Positions 19,106-30,051 of a DNA stretch of 64,000 nt are shown piece after piece. Every line of letters begins with the position of its first letter. Position 1 is the first letter of the stretch. The position numbers were made by a program, and so were the translations under genes. Source of the DNA: a virus. Its lineage: Duplodnaviria > Caudoviricetes. The stretch lies in the IMG/VR virus record IMGVR_UViG_3300020050_015887, positions 1-64,000 of that record; one strand, given 5' to 3'. The notes below the pieces were generated by a model. It did no database searches, was not told where the DNA came from, and saw only the letters and a list, made by a program, of their open reading frames with translations.

Positions 19106-20230
19106 ATGGGTTTTATTAACATTCCAAATTATTCCTGGCAAGCTCCAGTGCAACAATTATCTGAGCTTCCAACATTAAATAATAGTGTTGGCGATGCTAG
19201 AATTGTAATCGCGGAAACTGCTGTTTATTTTTGGGATGGAGATAGTTGGGAATTAATATCCGGAGGCGGAGGAGGCGGTGACGCTTTTACCATCATTCAA
19301 ACAGATGCTGGGACAAGTCCAGTAGCAACAGGTCCAAATGATACTCTTACCCTAACCAGCAGTGACAATAGTATTACAATTACAGGTAATGCAATAACAG
19401 ATACAGTTGATTTAATTGTTGCTGGTGGTGGTTCGGGTGACGTTGTAGGACCAGCAAGCTCTACAGATGAATCAATGGTGGTATTTGATGGTGCTACAGG
19501 AAAACTTATTAAAGAAACTAGTCCTTTAATTGGTGGTGGTATAAATACGGCTGATGCAACAACTAAAGTATTTCGTGTTACAAACGACAATAATAGTAAT
19601 TATGGTTTTGAAGTAGGAAAAGCTTTTTGGACATTGACTTCAGGTTCTCGTGTTGCAACTTTTCAACGTGGCGTTACAACTCCTGATTACGATTATGTTG
19701 AAGTCTCTGTAGATAGTAATGATTTAAGTGGTTTTAAGCGCCGTAAGAATTTTTACATGGGCGATGTTAACTGGGATTACCATCAAGCGTTACTTAATAA
19801 TAATGGTTTTCGTTTTTCTATTGGAACAGTTAGTGGTGAACATCGATTTGATTCAATGCTTAGAGGTAGTTCTCATTCACGACCCGGTGATATGGATTAT
19901 GTTTATAATAACAACGGTGGTAGTGATGTTATTTTAGGAACTTGGGAACCAGAAGGAAATTTATTATTTCAACAAGTCGGAAAAGGTATTTCAATAAAAC
20001 AAGGATCTGGTACATTGGCTGGAAATGCGGTTCTTGTTGGAGGAACCGTCACAGTTACTAATACAAATATTACAGCGGATTCAGTTATTATGCTAACACG
20101 TAAAACAGCAGGTGGAAGCATTGGAGATTTAACATATACACTAAGTGCAGGAGCTAGTTTTACAATTAATTCGGCCAATGCGTCTGATACGTCAACGGTA
20201 AGTTATTTTATTATTCAGTCACACGCTTAA
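19106..20230 (+). CDS. tail fibre/appendage protein
   Basis: N-terminal module shared with 16008-16889; GSGDVVGPASSTD and GNAVLVGGTVTV motifs typical of tail fibres. Confidence 0.65.
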   Translation: MGFINIPNYSWQAPVQQLSELPTLNNSVGDARIVIAETAVYFWDGDSWELISGGGGGGDAFTIIQTDAGTSPVATGPNDTLTLTSSDNSITITGNAITDTVDLIVAGGGSGDVVGPASSTDESMVVFDGATGKLIKETSPLIGGGINTADATTKVFRVTNDNNSNYGFEVGKAFWTLTSGSRVATFQRGVTTPDYDYVEVSVDSNDLSGFKRRKNFYMGDVNWDYHQALLNNNGFRFSIGTVSGEHRFDSMLRGSSHSRPGDMDYVYNNNGGSDVILGTWEPEGNLLFQQVGKGISIKQGSGTLAGNAVLVGGTVTVTNTNITADSVIMLTRKTAGGSIGDLTYTLSAGASFTINSANASDTSTVSYFIIQSHA

Positions 20231-20233
20231 TAT

Positions 20234-20473
20234 ATGAAAAATAAATGGGTACAATTTAAAGAAGGTAAAGTAAGAATTTACACTGGTATTAAACCAGAAG
20301 GTGACAATGTGTTTGTATTGTCTGAAGAAAAATTAAGTGAGTTATCAAAAACACCACCTCATTTATGGAAACAAGCAGAATTTTATACAGTAGAAGTACC
20401 GCAAAAGAAGTCTTATGTAAAAATTTGGTTAGCAGTAGCTATTGGGTTAATAGCTATGTATTTGTTATTTTAA
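20234..20473 (+). CDS. small protein with C-terminal TM helix
   Basis: IWLAVAIGLIAMYLLF hydrophobic end. Confidence 0.55.
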   Translation: MKNKWVQFKEGKVRIYTGIKPEGDNVFVLSEEKLSELSKTPPHLWKQAEFYTVEVPQKKSYVKIWLAVAIGLIAMYLLF

Positions 20474-20493
20474 ATATAAAATAAAGGAAAAAA

Positions 20494-20883
20494 ATGTTAC
20501 ACGAAAAACTAATGAAAATGGGTGAAGGTAAACCAAAACTTTCTCCACTTAAATTAAAAGCAAAACAATCTGTATTAGAAGACCTAAGTTCACAAGCTTC
20601 TAGTAAACTAGCTGATAAACTTAAAGGTTTAAAAAAAGTATCAGTAGCTTCTAATTCCCCAGAAGGTTTAGAAGAAGGTTTAGAAAAAGCTCAAGAGCTA
20701 GTAGAATCTAAACCGTTTGAAGGTGAAGAAAGTCCTGAAGAAGAAGCTATGGAACACGCTGAAATGGAAAATGCCATGGATGGTGATTCTGAAGAAGAAT
20801 CAGAAGACGACGAACTTAAAATGCTAAACGATAAAGTTGCAATGTTAGAAGCAAAATTAGACCAACTATTAGCCAAGGGGTAA
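20494..20883 (+). CDS. hypothetical protein (basic N-terminus, acidic C-terminus)
   Basis: AAGGA RBS; strong charge segregation. Confidence 0.6.
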   Translation: MLHEKLMKMGEGKPKLSPLKLKAKQSVLEDLSSQASSKLADKLKGLKKVSVASNSPEGLEEGLEKAQELVESKPFEGEESPEEEAMEHAEMENAMDGDSEEESEDDELKMLNDKVAMLEAKLDQLLAKG

Positions 20884-20886
20884 TTT

Positions 20887-22137
20887 ATGGCCTTCACACC
20901 CTGGCTCACTAGTGAAAAACTAATTGAAGCGGTAAAACGCAAGATATCTTTTCCCGTAGATCAAAATACGTTTAGTGAAGATGATATTTTAGCTTTTGCT
21001 AATGAAGAAATGCAAATTTCTCAAATTCCTAACGTTATGGAATTTCATGAAGAGTATTTTGTAACTTCAATTGGTATTACACTTGAGCCCAATAAAAGCA
21101 GATATGCTATTCCAAATAGAGCAATTGGAATGAAACTTAGGGATGTTATGTATGGTGATGGTAATGTCACAATACAACAACCTTATGGTAATATTTTTGA
21201 AATGACCATGATTAATCCTGGTGATAAAGCATACTTTCAAAATACTAATTCTTCATATCCAGGTTTATTAAAATACTACTTGGAAGGTAATAGCATTGTT
21301 TTGGTTCCAAGCATTTCAACTAATGCTTCTGGTTTATTGGTTTGTTACTTTTTCCTTCGACCCAATCAACTAGTTCAATCTGAACGTGCTGCTATTATTT
21401 CGGGGTTTTCTAAAACCGTAACAATTAATAACGCAACTTTGGCTCCCGGTGACACATTAACTATTTCTAGTGAAAGTTTTACTGCTGTTGCTTCTGGTGC
21501 TGGAGCTAATGAGTTTGAAATTGGAACAACTAACACTCAAACTGCAACAAATTTAGTCGCCTGTTTAAATACTAACGGTATTGTTACAGCAACTAACGGT
21601 TCTCCCGCAACTAATACAGTTAAAGTTGTATATCAAACTAGGTCTTTTGATGTAACGGCTTCCAATACTGTAGCAATTGCAGTTCAGTCTACTATCGGTT
21701 TAGAAAGTGATACAGATATCCCAGCAAACATCACCGATGGTAGTTTAGTAGATGTTTTACAAACTCTCCCTGGTCATAAAACATATTATTATGATGTTTT
21801 AGTTCCAGCGGGCGGTGTTTCTGGTTCAACCTTATCTTTATCTGAGGATGATGTACCAGAAGATTTTCAAATTGGTGATTATATTTGCTCAGAAAACGAA
21901 TGTATTATTCCTCAAATACCACCAGAACTACATACAGGACTTGCAGAACGGGTTTGTGGACGCATTTTAAGTGCAATTGGTGATAGAGAAGGACTACAAG
22001 ACGTTAACGCTAAAATTGAACAAATTAATTCAAAAGAAGGTGCATTAATTGACAATCGTGTAGACGCTTCACCTAAAAAATTGTTTAATAAACGTTCTTT
22101 TATGAGAATGAATAAGAGTAATCAGAGAGTATTCTAA
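20887..22137 (+). CDS. putative tail adaptor / tail tubular protein A with inserted domain
   Basis: Directly precedes the nozzle gene; EDDILAFANEE N-terminal helix; internal Thr/Ala-rich insert. Confidence 0.6.
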   Translation: MAFTPWLTSEKLIEAVKRKISFPVDQNTFSEDDILAFANEEMQISQIPNVMEFHEEYFVTSIGITLEPNKSRYAIPNRAIGMKLRDVMYGDGNVTIQQPYGNIFEMTMINPGDKAYFQNTNSSYPGLLKYYLEGNSIVLVPSISTNASGLLVCYFFLRPNQLVQSERAAIISGFSKTVTINNATLAPGDTLTISSESFTAVASGAGANEFEIGTTNTQTATNLVACLNTNGIVTATNGSPATNTVKVVYQTRSFDVTASNTVAIAVQSTIGLESDTDIPANITDGSLVDVLQTLPGHKTYYYDVLVPAGGVSGSTLSLSEDDVPEDFQIGDYICSENECIIPQIPPELHTGLAERVCGRILSAIGDREGLQDVNAKIEQINSKEGALIDNRVDASPKKLFNKRSFMRMNKSNQRVF

Positions 22138-25100
22138 TGCCTCAACAAAAAGTCACATTACAATCTACCGGTTTACGTACTTCACCCAACCCATTAACTG
22201 TTGGTCAGGGGGGATTATCCAAAGCTAGTAATGTTATTATCCGTAGAGATAACATCGTAGAACAACGTAGAGGGTTTAAAGTGTATGGTACTGGTATGAC
22301 TTCCCAAGCCAAACAACTATTAGAATACAAAGGAACCCTTTTACGACATTTTGAAGACACTTTACAATACGACACACAGGAATTAAACACCAGTGATGTA
22401 TATGAATTTAATACTTTTGCTGGCAATTTTAGCGAAGTAGATGCTGGGTTAAGAATTAAATCCATTGAATCTAATGGAAATTTTTATTTTACAACTTCTG
22501 ATGGTATTAAAAAAATATCAGCTACTAACGCATCGGATTTTACAGAAGATGCTGGTTATATTATTGACGCTGGCGGAGTTAAAGCCACAAACGGCAGTGC
22601 TAGAATTGCATTAGAGCTTGGTGAAATTACCGGATTTTTACCAGAAGACAGTGCTGTTGCTTATCGTTTAGTTTGGGGAATACGAGACGTTAACAACAAT
22701 ACAATTCTTGGAACACCAAGTGAACGTATTCTTATTTACAATCCTTTAATGGGGTTTTTAATTCCTGATTATATGCGTGTTCTTGGTGTACTAGATAATA
22801 TTACTAATACAGCCACTACCGCTTTTATTAGTGATGACAATTACGTTTCTACATTATCTTTAACGCAAGATGCAACTCCTGTAGATTTACAAACAAATCT
22901 ATTAGCTTTAGCTGAAAAAATTGATGATGACATTTTATACGCTACCGCAGATAGCACTGCACCATTAAACATGGATATGTGTTCTATTGATAGTGCTAGT
23001 TTAGCAACTATTACATTTAGCTCTGGTGATGCTACGCAGTATTTTGATGTAGGAAGTGAAATTGAAATTAATGGGTTTACTAGTACATCACCTTTAAAAA
23101 CTCAATTTAATAACATATTTGTTGTTTCTTCTGTAGTTTCAAGTCAAATTACATTTTTAGTTCCTTCTGCTTCTGAATCTATCTCTTCTACGTCAGTAGA
23201 TGCAACAGCACAAATTGTTTCTAATGAATTTAGAAACAGCATGACTGAAGTGGTATATCAAGGTAGTAATTTTAATTTAAATACGTATGATCTTTCTTCT
23301 CCTGTAAATAATAACGATTTAAAAATTCTTCAAGCTGCCATTGAACAAATTATTGTTTTATTACAAACTGTTCCAGATACAGTTGTTAGTGCTTTAGACA
23401 AAACAACATATGTTGATGAATTACAAATTACAACAACTACTAATGTTATTTTAAATATTAACATACCTGATGCAGTGACAAGCTCACATTTTTTACAGAT
23501 TTATAGAAGTAATACGGCTCAAGCCACTGGAACTACAGTATTAAGTGATTTAGTACCAGATGACGAAATGCAACAAGTATATGAAGCTTTTCCAACCGCA
23601 ACTGAATTAGCAGCACATAGAATGATTGTAGAAGACATCTTAATTGATGATTTTAAAGGTGCCAATCTTTATACAAATCCAAGTAGCGGAGAAGGAATTT
23701 TACAAGCTAATGACGTTCCACCTATTGCTAAAGATATTAATCAATTTAGAAATTCAATTTATTATGCCAACACAAGAACTCGTCAAAGATTAAATTTAAA
23801 TCTTCTCGGTATTCAAAATTTTAAAGCTGGTGAAATTGATGGCATAATTAGTGGTTCTTCTGTTGAAGTTACCACTGGAGAACCTCATGATTTATCTACT
23901 AACGATTTAGTTTATATTAATGGAACAGGAATTGTAGGTTTAGATGAACAAATTTTTCCAGCAACAGTTATTAACACTAGTGCATTTACAGTTCCTTTTA
24001 CTTCAGCCAGTAGTTCAAGCGTTGGTTATTGGACTAATGCAATGGTTTCTGTTGTAAAAGATTCAAGTGCATCTAATTATTTCTTTATTCAAAGTCAAGC
24101 CCAACAAGCAACTATTTCAACAATTGCTGATGTAGCTGACAGTTTAAATGGTGATTATTTTACAATTAGTAGTGCTAATGATAACTATAATTATTATGTT
24201 TGGTATAAAACATCTGGTGGTGCGTTAACAGACCCAGCACCAACTGGTTATACAGGAATTCAAGTTAATGTTGCTACTGGAGCTTCAGCTAATGCTGTTG
24301 CAGAAGCAACTCGTGATGCATTACGTCTTTATCCTCAAAATTTTATAGTAAGTGGTGCAACAAACCAAATTATTGTATTAAATTATGAAGAAGGACGTTC
24401 TACCATTCCTGCTGCACAAACGTCAGGATTTACTATTGCCATTGGACAATATGGTAGAGGTGAATATACGGTAAAAAATGAAGTGGGTTTATCTAACAAC
24501 ATTTCTCCGGCTATTGCAGTAGACGAAACGGCAAGAAGTTTTCAAAACGTAGTAAATTCTAATACATCAGAAACGGTGTATATTTATTATCTATCTGGTT
24601 TAAATGATACGCCCGGAAAAATGTTAGTAGAAGGTAGACAATTATCTTCAGAACAATTTTATATTTTAGCTAATAATGATGAAGTTGGAACATCTTTTGA
24701 CCCAGCTATTACTCCTAATCCCAACAATAGAATTACAAATACTGCTTCTACACCTACAGTAATCACAGCATCTGTCCATAATTTAGTAAGTGGTGATGAT
24801 GTTGTAATAGCTTTTAGCAATAGCGGACCCAATATTAACGGTGTTCACACTGTAACATTTTTAACTAGTACGACTTTTTCTATAGCTGAATCTGTTTCTG
24901 TTGCAGGCACTAGCGGAGTAATGATTAAGGCTAAGTTAGCAATATCATCTAACGATGAAGCCAAAAAGAATAGAATTTATTATTCAAAAGTACAACAACC
25001 GGAAGCAGTTCCTATTGTAAATTATCTAGATGTTGGTAGCAGTGAAAAAAACATCTTAAGGATTTTTCCATTAAGAGATAGTTTATTTGTGTTTAAAGAA

Positions 25101-27155
25101 GATGGTTTATATCGTTTATCGGGTGAAACTTTACCTGTATCTGTGGCTTTATTTGATAGTAGCTGTATTCTTGTTGCTCCAGATAGCATTGGTATTGCCA
25201 ATAACATTATTTATGGTTGGACTACTCAAGGTATTCATTCTGTAACTGAATCTGGTGCTGAAACCATTTCTAGAGATATTGATAATATTATTCTTCCTGT
25301 AGCATCAGCAGAATATCCAAATTTTAGAACAGTAACTTGGGGTGTTGGTTATGATAGCGATAACTCATATACTGTATATACAAACACCGCACCGACAGAT
25401 GAATATGCTTCAATTGCTTATAGGTATAGCAACCTAACACAAAGTTGGACTACCGTAGACAAAGAAACTACTTGTGGTATTATTTTATCATCAGATGACA
25501 AATTTTATATGGGTGCTGGAGATATTAATAATATTGAACAAGAAAGAAAAACGTTTTCTCGTTTTGATTATGCAGATAGAGAATATAATTTAAATTTGGG
25601 TGAAAACGGTTATTTTGATGAAGGTGCTAGTTTATATATTGCTGCATCAGATGATTTATCCGAAGGTGATGTACTGGTACAAGAACAATATGTAACAGTT
25701 TACAACTATAATGCTTTATTAAAAAAATTAGACAATGATAGTGGGGTAGCTCAAGTTGCAATTACTTCTATTAGCACAAGTGCTGTTCCTACTATTACAA
25801 CAACGTATTTTGATTTTCCTTCTGCTTCAGTTAATACAACAACTAATATTATTACAGTAAATAATAATGGATTTGTTGCAAACCAAAAAATTAAATTTGC
25901 AACTACTGGAACATTACCAAGTCCTTTAAATAGTACATCAACATACAGAGTTATTAATCCTTCTACTAATGGGTTTTCTGTTGCTGACGATTTTAATGGT
26001 GCTAGCATTGATATTACTACCCAAGGTTCTGGAACTCACACTGTTTATATTTATAATAATTTAGTTGCTGGCAATTATGTTACCCTATTACAAACTAATT
26101 GTGACCCAGTTATTGATGGTAGTCATAGTGTGACTTCTGTTATAAACGGTTATACTTTTACAATTACATTAGATGAAGCAATTACAACTGCCGGAACATC
26201 TGGACAAGCTAGACTAGATTATTATGAAACTTTACAAATGTCAGGCGGAGAAGAACCTAAAACTCGGTTATTAGAATTAGCAACTAAGCTAGATTCTGAT
26301 CCAGGGTTACGTCAAGCTGTATACTTAGAAGGAATCCAAACTGAATCAGGTACAATAACTTCAATTGCAGCAACTAATCCTGCACAAATTACTACTTCAG
26401 GGCCGCATAATTTGGTTGATGGTAGAATTGTATCTATTACTGGTACCGATTCTACACCAGAAATTGACAATATTTTTGCGGTAACAATTATTAACGCAAG
26501 TGTTTTTAGTGTAGATGCGTCGGTCATTTCAACTGGAACAACAGGTTCATTTTCTACACAAAATTCAAACATTGAAGACATTCAAGCGTGTTTTAATTAT
26601 CTAGTTGATACATTAAACGATGATAGCGGACCAACGTTTAACAACTATGTAAACATCACATATGCAACAAACTTTGAAGTATTAATAACTAACATTAATA
26701 AAAATACAAACATTGTTCAAGTTACTCCAGCAATTAATTTATTAGTTGGACCTATTGTTGGATACGAAGCTATAGAAACAGAAATTATCTACACACCTGA
26801 GACAATGGAAGACCCGCTTAACTTTAAACACATAAGAGAAGCAACCATCATGTTCCTTAATAAAGCGTTTACTAGAGCAACGGCTTACTATTCAACAGAT
26901 CTCTTGCCAGAATTTAAAGAAGTTCCATTTGAAGGTGACGGCAATGGTATTTTTGGAAGCAATACTTTTGGTAGTGGTTACTTTGGTGGTGGTAGTCATG
27001 GTGCTCCTTTTAGAACATATCTACCAAGACAAGCACAACGCAATAGATACATCATTGTACGCTTTAAGCACCGTATAGCCAGAGAGATCTTTGGAATTAC
27101 AGGGGTTACACTCACTGGTCAAACAGGGCTTTCTAGCAGAGCATATAGAGGGTAA
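22137..27155 (+). CDS. tail nozzle / tail tubular protein B-like, 1672 aa, with many inserted beta modules
   Basis: Propeller-type motifs (NRIYYSK.QQPEAVP, LRDSLFVFKEDGLYRL, GC.APDSI-like CILVAPDSI); repeated HNL..G..V.I modules. Confidence 0.7.
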   Translation: MPQQKVTLQSTGLRTSPNPLTVGQGGLSKASNVIIRRDNIVEQRRGFKVYGTGMTSQAKQLLEYKGTLLRHFEDTLQYDTQELNTSDVYEFNTFAGNFSEVDAGLRIKSIESNGNFYFTTSDGIKKISATNASDFTEDAGYIIDAGGVKATNGSARIALELGEITGFLPEDSAVAYRLVWGIRDVNNNTILGTPSERILIYNPLMGFLIPDYMRVLGVLDNITNTATTAFISDDNYVSTLSLTQDATPVDLQTNLLALAEKIDDDILYATADSTAPLNMDMCSIDSASLATITFSSGDATQYFDVGSEIEINGFTSTSPLKTQFNNIFVVSSVVSSQITFLVPSASESISSTSVDATAQIVSNEFRNSMTEVVYQGSNFNLNTYDLSSPVNNNDLKILQAAIEQIIVLLQTVPDTVVSALDKTTYVDELQITTTTNVILNINIPDAVTSSHFLQIYRSNTAQATGTTVLSDLVPDDEMQQVYEAFPTATELAAHRMIVEDILIDDFKGANLYTNPSSGEGILQANDVPPIAKDINQFRNSIYYANTRTRQRLNLNLLGIQNFKAGEIDGIISGSSVEVTTGEPHDLSTNDLVYINGTGIVGLDEQIFPATVINTSAFTVPFTSASSSSVGYWTNAMVSVVKDSSASNYFFIQSQAQQATISTIADVADSLNGDYFTISSANDNYNYYVWYKTSGGALTDPAPTGYTGIQVNVATGASANAVAEATRDALRLYPQNFIVSGATNQIIVLNYEEGRSTIPAAQTSGFTIAIGQYGRGEYTVKNEVGLSNNISPAIAVDETARSFQNVVNSNTSETVYIYYLSGLNDTPGKMLVEGRQLSSEQFYILANNDEVGTSFDPAITPNPNNRITNTASTPTVITASVHNLVSGDDVVIAFSNSGPNINGVHTVTFLTSTTFSIAESVSVAGTSGVMIKAKLAISSNDEAKKNRIYYSKVQQPEAVPIVNYLDVGSSEKNILRIFPLRDSLFVFKEDGLYRLSGETLPVSVALFDSSCILVAPDSIGIANNIIYGWTTQGIHSVTESGAETISRDIDNIILPVASAEYPNFRTVTWGVGYDSDNSYTVYTNTAPTDEYASIAYRYSNLTQSWTTVDKETTCGIILSSDDKFYMGAGDINNIEQERKTFSRFDYADREYNLNLGENGYFDEGASLYIAASDDLSEGDVLVQEQYVTVYNYNALLKKLDNDSGVAQVAITSISTSAVPTITTTYFDFPSASVNTTTNIITVNNNGFVANQKIKFATTGTLPSPLNSTSTYRVINPSTNGFSVADDFNGASIDITTQGSGTHTVYIYNNLVAGNYVTLLQTNCDPVIDGSHSVTSVINGYTFTITLDEAITTAGTSGQARLDYYETLQMSGGEEPKTRLLELATKLDSDPGLRQAVYLEGIQTESGTITSIAATNPAQITTSGPHNLVDGRIVSITGTDSTPEIDNIFAVTIINASVFSVDASVISTGTTGSFSTQNSNIEDIQACFNYLVDTLNDDSGPTFNNYVNITYATNFEVLITNINKNTNIVQVTPAINLLVGPIVGYEAIETEIIYTPETMEDPLNFKHIREATIMFLNKAFTRATAYYSTDLLPEFKEVPFEGDGNGIFGSNTFGSGYFGGGSHGAPFRTYLPRQAQRNRYIIVRFKHRIAREIFGITGVTLTGQTGLSSRAYRG

Positions 27156-27156
27156 T

Positions 27157-27588
27157 ATGAAGCTTCCAACATTTAAAACAATTCGTAAAGAAGATTATCC
27201 TGATAAGATTACAGAAGACGTAAACTTTAAAGGTATTATTGAACGCCTTGGATTTTCTGTTAATAATAGCATTCAAACATTAGTAGAATTAGCAAATAAT
27301 AAAATTTCATTACAAGATAATGTATTGTGTGTTGTTAAAACTATCACGATTCAAGTTGATGCTAATGGTAATCCTTTAAACCAAACTTTAATTGCTTTGG
27401 GTTTTGTTGTACAAAAGGCTATTGGTACTCAAGTTATTAATTATGTAAATAATACAGATAGCAATATTAGACCAACTAGTGGAATTCAATTAGGATTTAC
27501 TCAAATTGGTTCTAACGTTCGAATAGATCACGTTGCAGGATTACAAGCCGGTTACAACTATAGCTTAACTGTTGTTGTATATGGTTAA
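27157..27588 (+). CDS. putative virion protein
   Basis: ATG 27157 after GAGG RBS (the supplied ORF 27091 start overlaps the upstream gene). Confidence 0.6.
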   Translation: MKLPTFKTIRKEDYPDKITEDVNFKGIIERLGFSVNNSIQTLVELANNKISLQDNVLCVVKTITIQVDANGNPLNQTLIALGFVVQKAIGTQVINYVNNTDSNIRPTSGIQLGFTQIGSNVRIDHVAGLQAGYNYSLTVVVYG

Positions 27589-27605
27589 TTATTATAATTT
27601 TAAGG

Positions 27606-27628
27606 CTTATTTTAACATTTAATTATAG
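27606..27628 (+). promoter_or_regulatory. putative late promoter motif copy
   Basis: CTTATTTTAACATTTAATTATAG upstream of the ejection-protein block. Confidence 0.65.
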
Positions 27629-27636
27629 GCGGTGCT

Positions 27637-29082
27637 ATGACAAATAACAATCAACCTAAAGGAACCGGATTCGTTAACCTTTCCCGGTATTTAGGTGCAA
27701 ATCAAAATAATAAATTGGGTAGTGCAGTATCTAACAACGTTTCTGGGCGTGTTGGGGACGTAAAATCTAATTTAGGTCAGTTAAAAAACGACTTTGCTCA
27801 AAGGGCCGGTGAAAATGCTCTTGGAACGCAGTCTAATGTTGAAGCTCGCACAAAAGCTTTAGAGTCTATTATGGGTGGAAACACCGCGTTAACCCCACAA
27901 ACAGAACAAGATTTTGCTAAATTTAGAACTGGTGCTTATGCTGGTCCTACGGAACTAGATGCAACTAAAACTGCAAGCACTGCGGCTAAAGCCGGACAAG
28001 TAGAACGTGACGTTAAAGGATTAGGAACTGTTGAAGGTCGTGGAAATTTATTACGACAAACAGTTGGTAAACCTGGTTACTCACAAGGTCAACAAAAATT
28101 AGACACGTTGTTATTAGGTCAACAATCTAATGAATTAAATAGTGCTAGACGTGATGCTACAGGCTTAGGTCGTAGTGTAGAAGAAGCTCGTCAAGGTGCG
28201 CAACAAATTGGACAAACACAAATTGCTAAAGCTCAACAATTTGGACGAGACACTCAAGGTGCTTTAAAAACAAATACTGGATCTATTGTTAGTGATTTAG
28301 AAGCCAGAGCCGCTCAAGCTAACCAACAACGTCCTGAAATTTACAATTCATTAGTTAATGCTATTCAACAAGGTGATATTACTCCAGAACAAGCACAGAT
28401 GTTGGGATTAGAAGAAGGTACACAAACATATGGTTTAAATTTTGATCCTTTTGTATCACAAAGTCAAATTGCAGCAGATAAAAGTAATATTGCTGGAGAA
28501 ATAGACAAAGCTAAATTATCTGCGTTGGCTAAATTGTCTGGACAAACTGGCGTTGACGCAATTAACACCGCAGCAGAAGCTTATCGCGGACCTTTAAATG
28601 TTAGAAAAGAAGATTTATTAAAAGGTATTAATGATAGAAAATCTGCTTATGAAGATTTATTAAATAGAGGCGTAGATATTCTTGGACAAGGTGGAGTTGC
28701 CGGAGCACTTAAATCAAATCAAAGACAAAACGGAGAAAGCACAGAAGATTATCTTAATAGAATTATTCAAAACCGTGGTAATGTTGGTGATACATATAAA
28801 AACAGTTCTGGTCAAACCCAACAATTAAATTCATTAAATAATTATTTTAAATCAATACAATCTAATATTGATAATGCTTCAAAAACTAGAGAAAAAGCTC
28901 AAGCTGATTTTGCTCGTTTAGGAAATAATTTTGCAACATCTAAAGGTAATCAAATTTTATATGGTCAACAAGCATTAGACCATATTTTACAAGGTTCATT
29001 ACAACAAGAACAATCATTGAAAAATGAACTAAATCAATTAAAAGCACCTTTAGACCAAGCTTATAATAAGGTATTAAAATAA
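27637..29082 (+). CDS. putative internal virion (ejection) protein
   Basis: Gln/Ala/Gly-rich helical protein after the nozzle gene. Confidence 0.55.
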   Translation: MTNNNQPKGTGFVNLSRYLGANQNNKLGSAVSNNVSGRVGDVKSNLGQLKNDFAQRAGENALGTQSNVEARTKALESIMGGNTALTPQTEQDFAKFRTGAYAGPTELDATKTASTAAKAGQVERDVKGLGTVEGRGNLLRQTVGKPGYSQGQQKLDTLLLGQQSNELNSARRDATGLGRSVEEARQGAQQIGQTQIAKAQQFGRDTQGALKTNTGSIVSDLEARAAQANQQRPEIYNSLVNAIQQGDITPEQAQMLGLEEGTQTYGLNFDPFVSQSQIAADKSNIAGEIDKAKLSALAKLSGQTGVDAINTAAEAYRGPLNVRKEDLLKGINDRKSAYEDLLNRGVDILGQGGVAGALKSNQRQNGESTEDYLNRIIQNRGNVGDTYKNSSGQTQQLNSLNNYFKSIQSNIDNASKTREKAQADFARLGNNFATSKGNQILYGQQALDHILQGSLQQEQSLKNELNQLKAPLDQAYNKVLK

Positions 29083-30050
29083 TGGAACCGATTACAATAG
29101 GAATGGGATTAGCGGGTTTAGCTGGGGATATTTTTGGTTCTATCTTTAGTGCTGATGAACGTGATGCGGCCAATGCTGCGTATCAACAAGCTATTGATCA
29201 AATTAATGCTGTCGGTGCTCCTCCAGAATTAGCTAGAGAAATTATCTTAAAACATTTCGATCAAGCGGGTTTATATACTCCTCAACTTGAAGAAGCTATT
29301 AATCTTGGTGTATCTAAAGTTTCTCAAATACAGGAAGACCAAAAAAGTAAACAAGCACAAGATGAGGCATTACAATTAATTGGTCAACGGGCTCGCACTG
29401 GTTTAACTCCAGAAGATAGATCCGCTTTTAATCAATTACGTAGAGAAACACAACGTGAAGCAGAAGCTAAACGTCAGCAAATTTTACAAAACTTTCAAGC
29501 TCGCGGACAAGCGGGTAGTGGCGCAGAACTAGCTGCACAGCTTTCTTCAGCACAATCTGGTGATGAAAAGCTGGCTGCTGCTGGTGATAATATTTCTGCG
29601 GAAGCTTCACGACGCGCTTTAGAATCATTATCTGCTTATTCTGGTGCTGCAACAAATGCGCGTGGACAAAGTTTCGATATTGATAGAGCTAAAGCCGCCG
29701 CTGAGGATGATTTTAGTAAATTTAATACACAAAATCAAATTTCTAGACAAGCCAGAAATGTTGCTTCTCAAAATGATGCAGCTAAACAAAATCTTAGTGA
29801 AAAACAGCGTATTGCTGATAGTAATGTTAACGTTGATAATACTCAAACCATGAATAGAGTTGCTCAAAAACAGGCGGATTGGGGTAATAAATTAGGTTAT
29901 GCTAAAACACAAAATAACGCTTTAATGTCCAAAGCCGCTCAAGATGAAAAGAATGCTGACCGAATCGCAAGCAACTGGTCTAATGTTGGTGGTGGTATTA
30001 GTGATTTCTTGGGTAAATTTGGAACAGATAAAATTTTGGGTGGTAAATAA
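29082..30050 (+). CDS. putative internal virion (ejection) protein
   Basis: MEPITIGMGLAGLAG hydrophobic Gly-rich N-terminus, then Ala/Gln helices. Confidence 0.6.
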   Translation: MEPITIGMGLAGLAGDIFGSIFSADERDAANAAYQQAIDQINAVGAPPELAREIILKHFDQAGLYTPQLEEAINLGVSKVSQIQEDQKSKQAQDEALQLIGQRARTGLTPEDRSAFNQLRRETQREAEAKRQQILQNFQARGQAGSGAELAAQLSSAQSGDEKLAAAGDNISAEASRRALESLSAYSGAATNARGQSFDIDRAKAAAEDDFSKFNTQNQISRQARNVASQNDAAKQNLSEKQRIADSNVNVDNTQTMNRVAQKQADWGNKLGYAKTQNNALMSKAAQDEKNADRIASNWSNVGGGISDFLGKFGTDKILGGK

Positions 30051-30051
30051 T

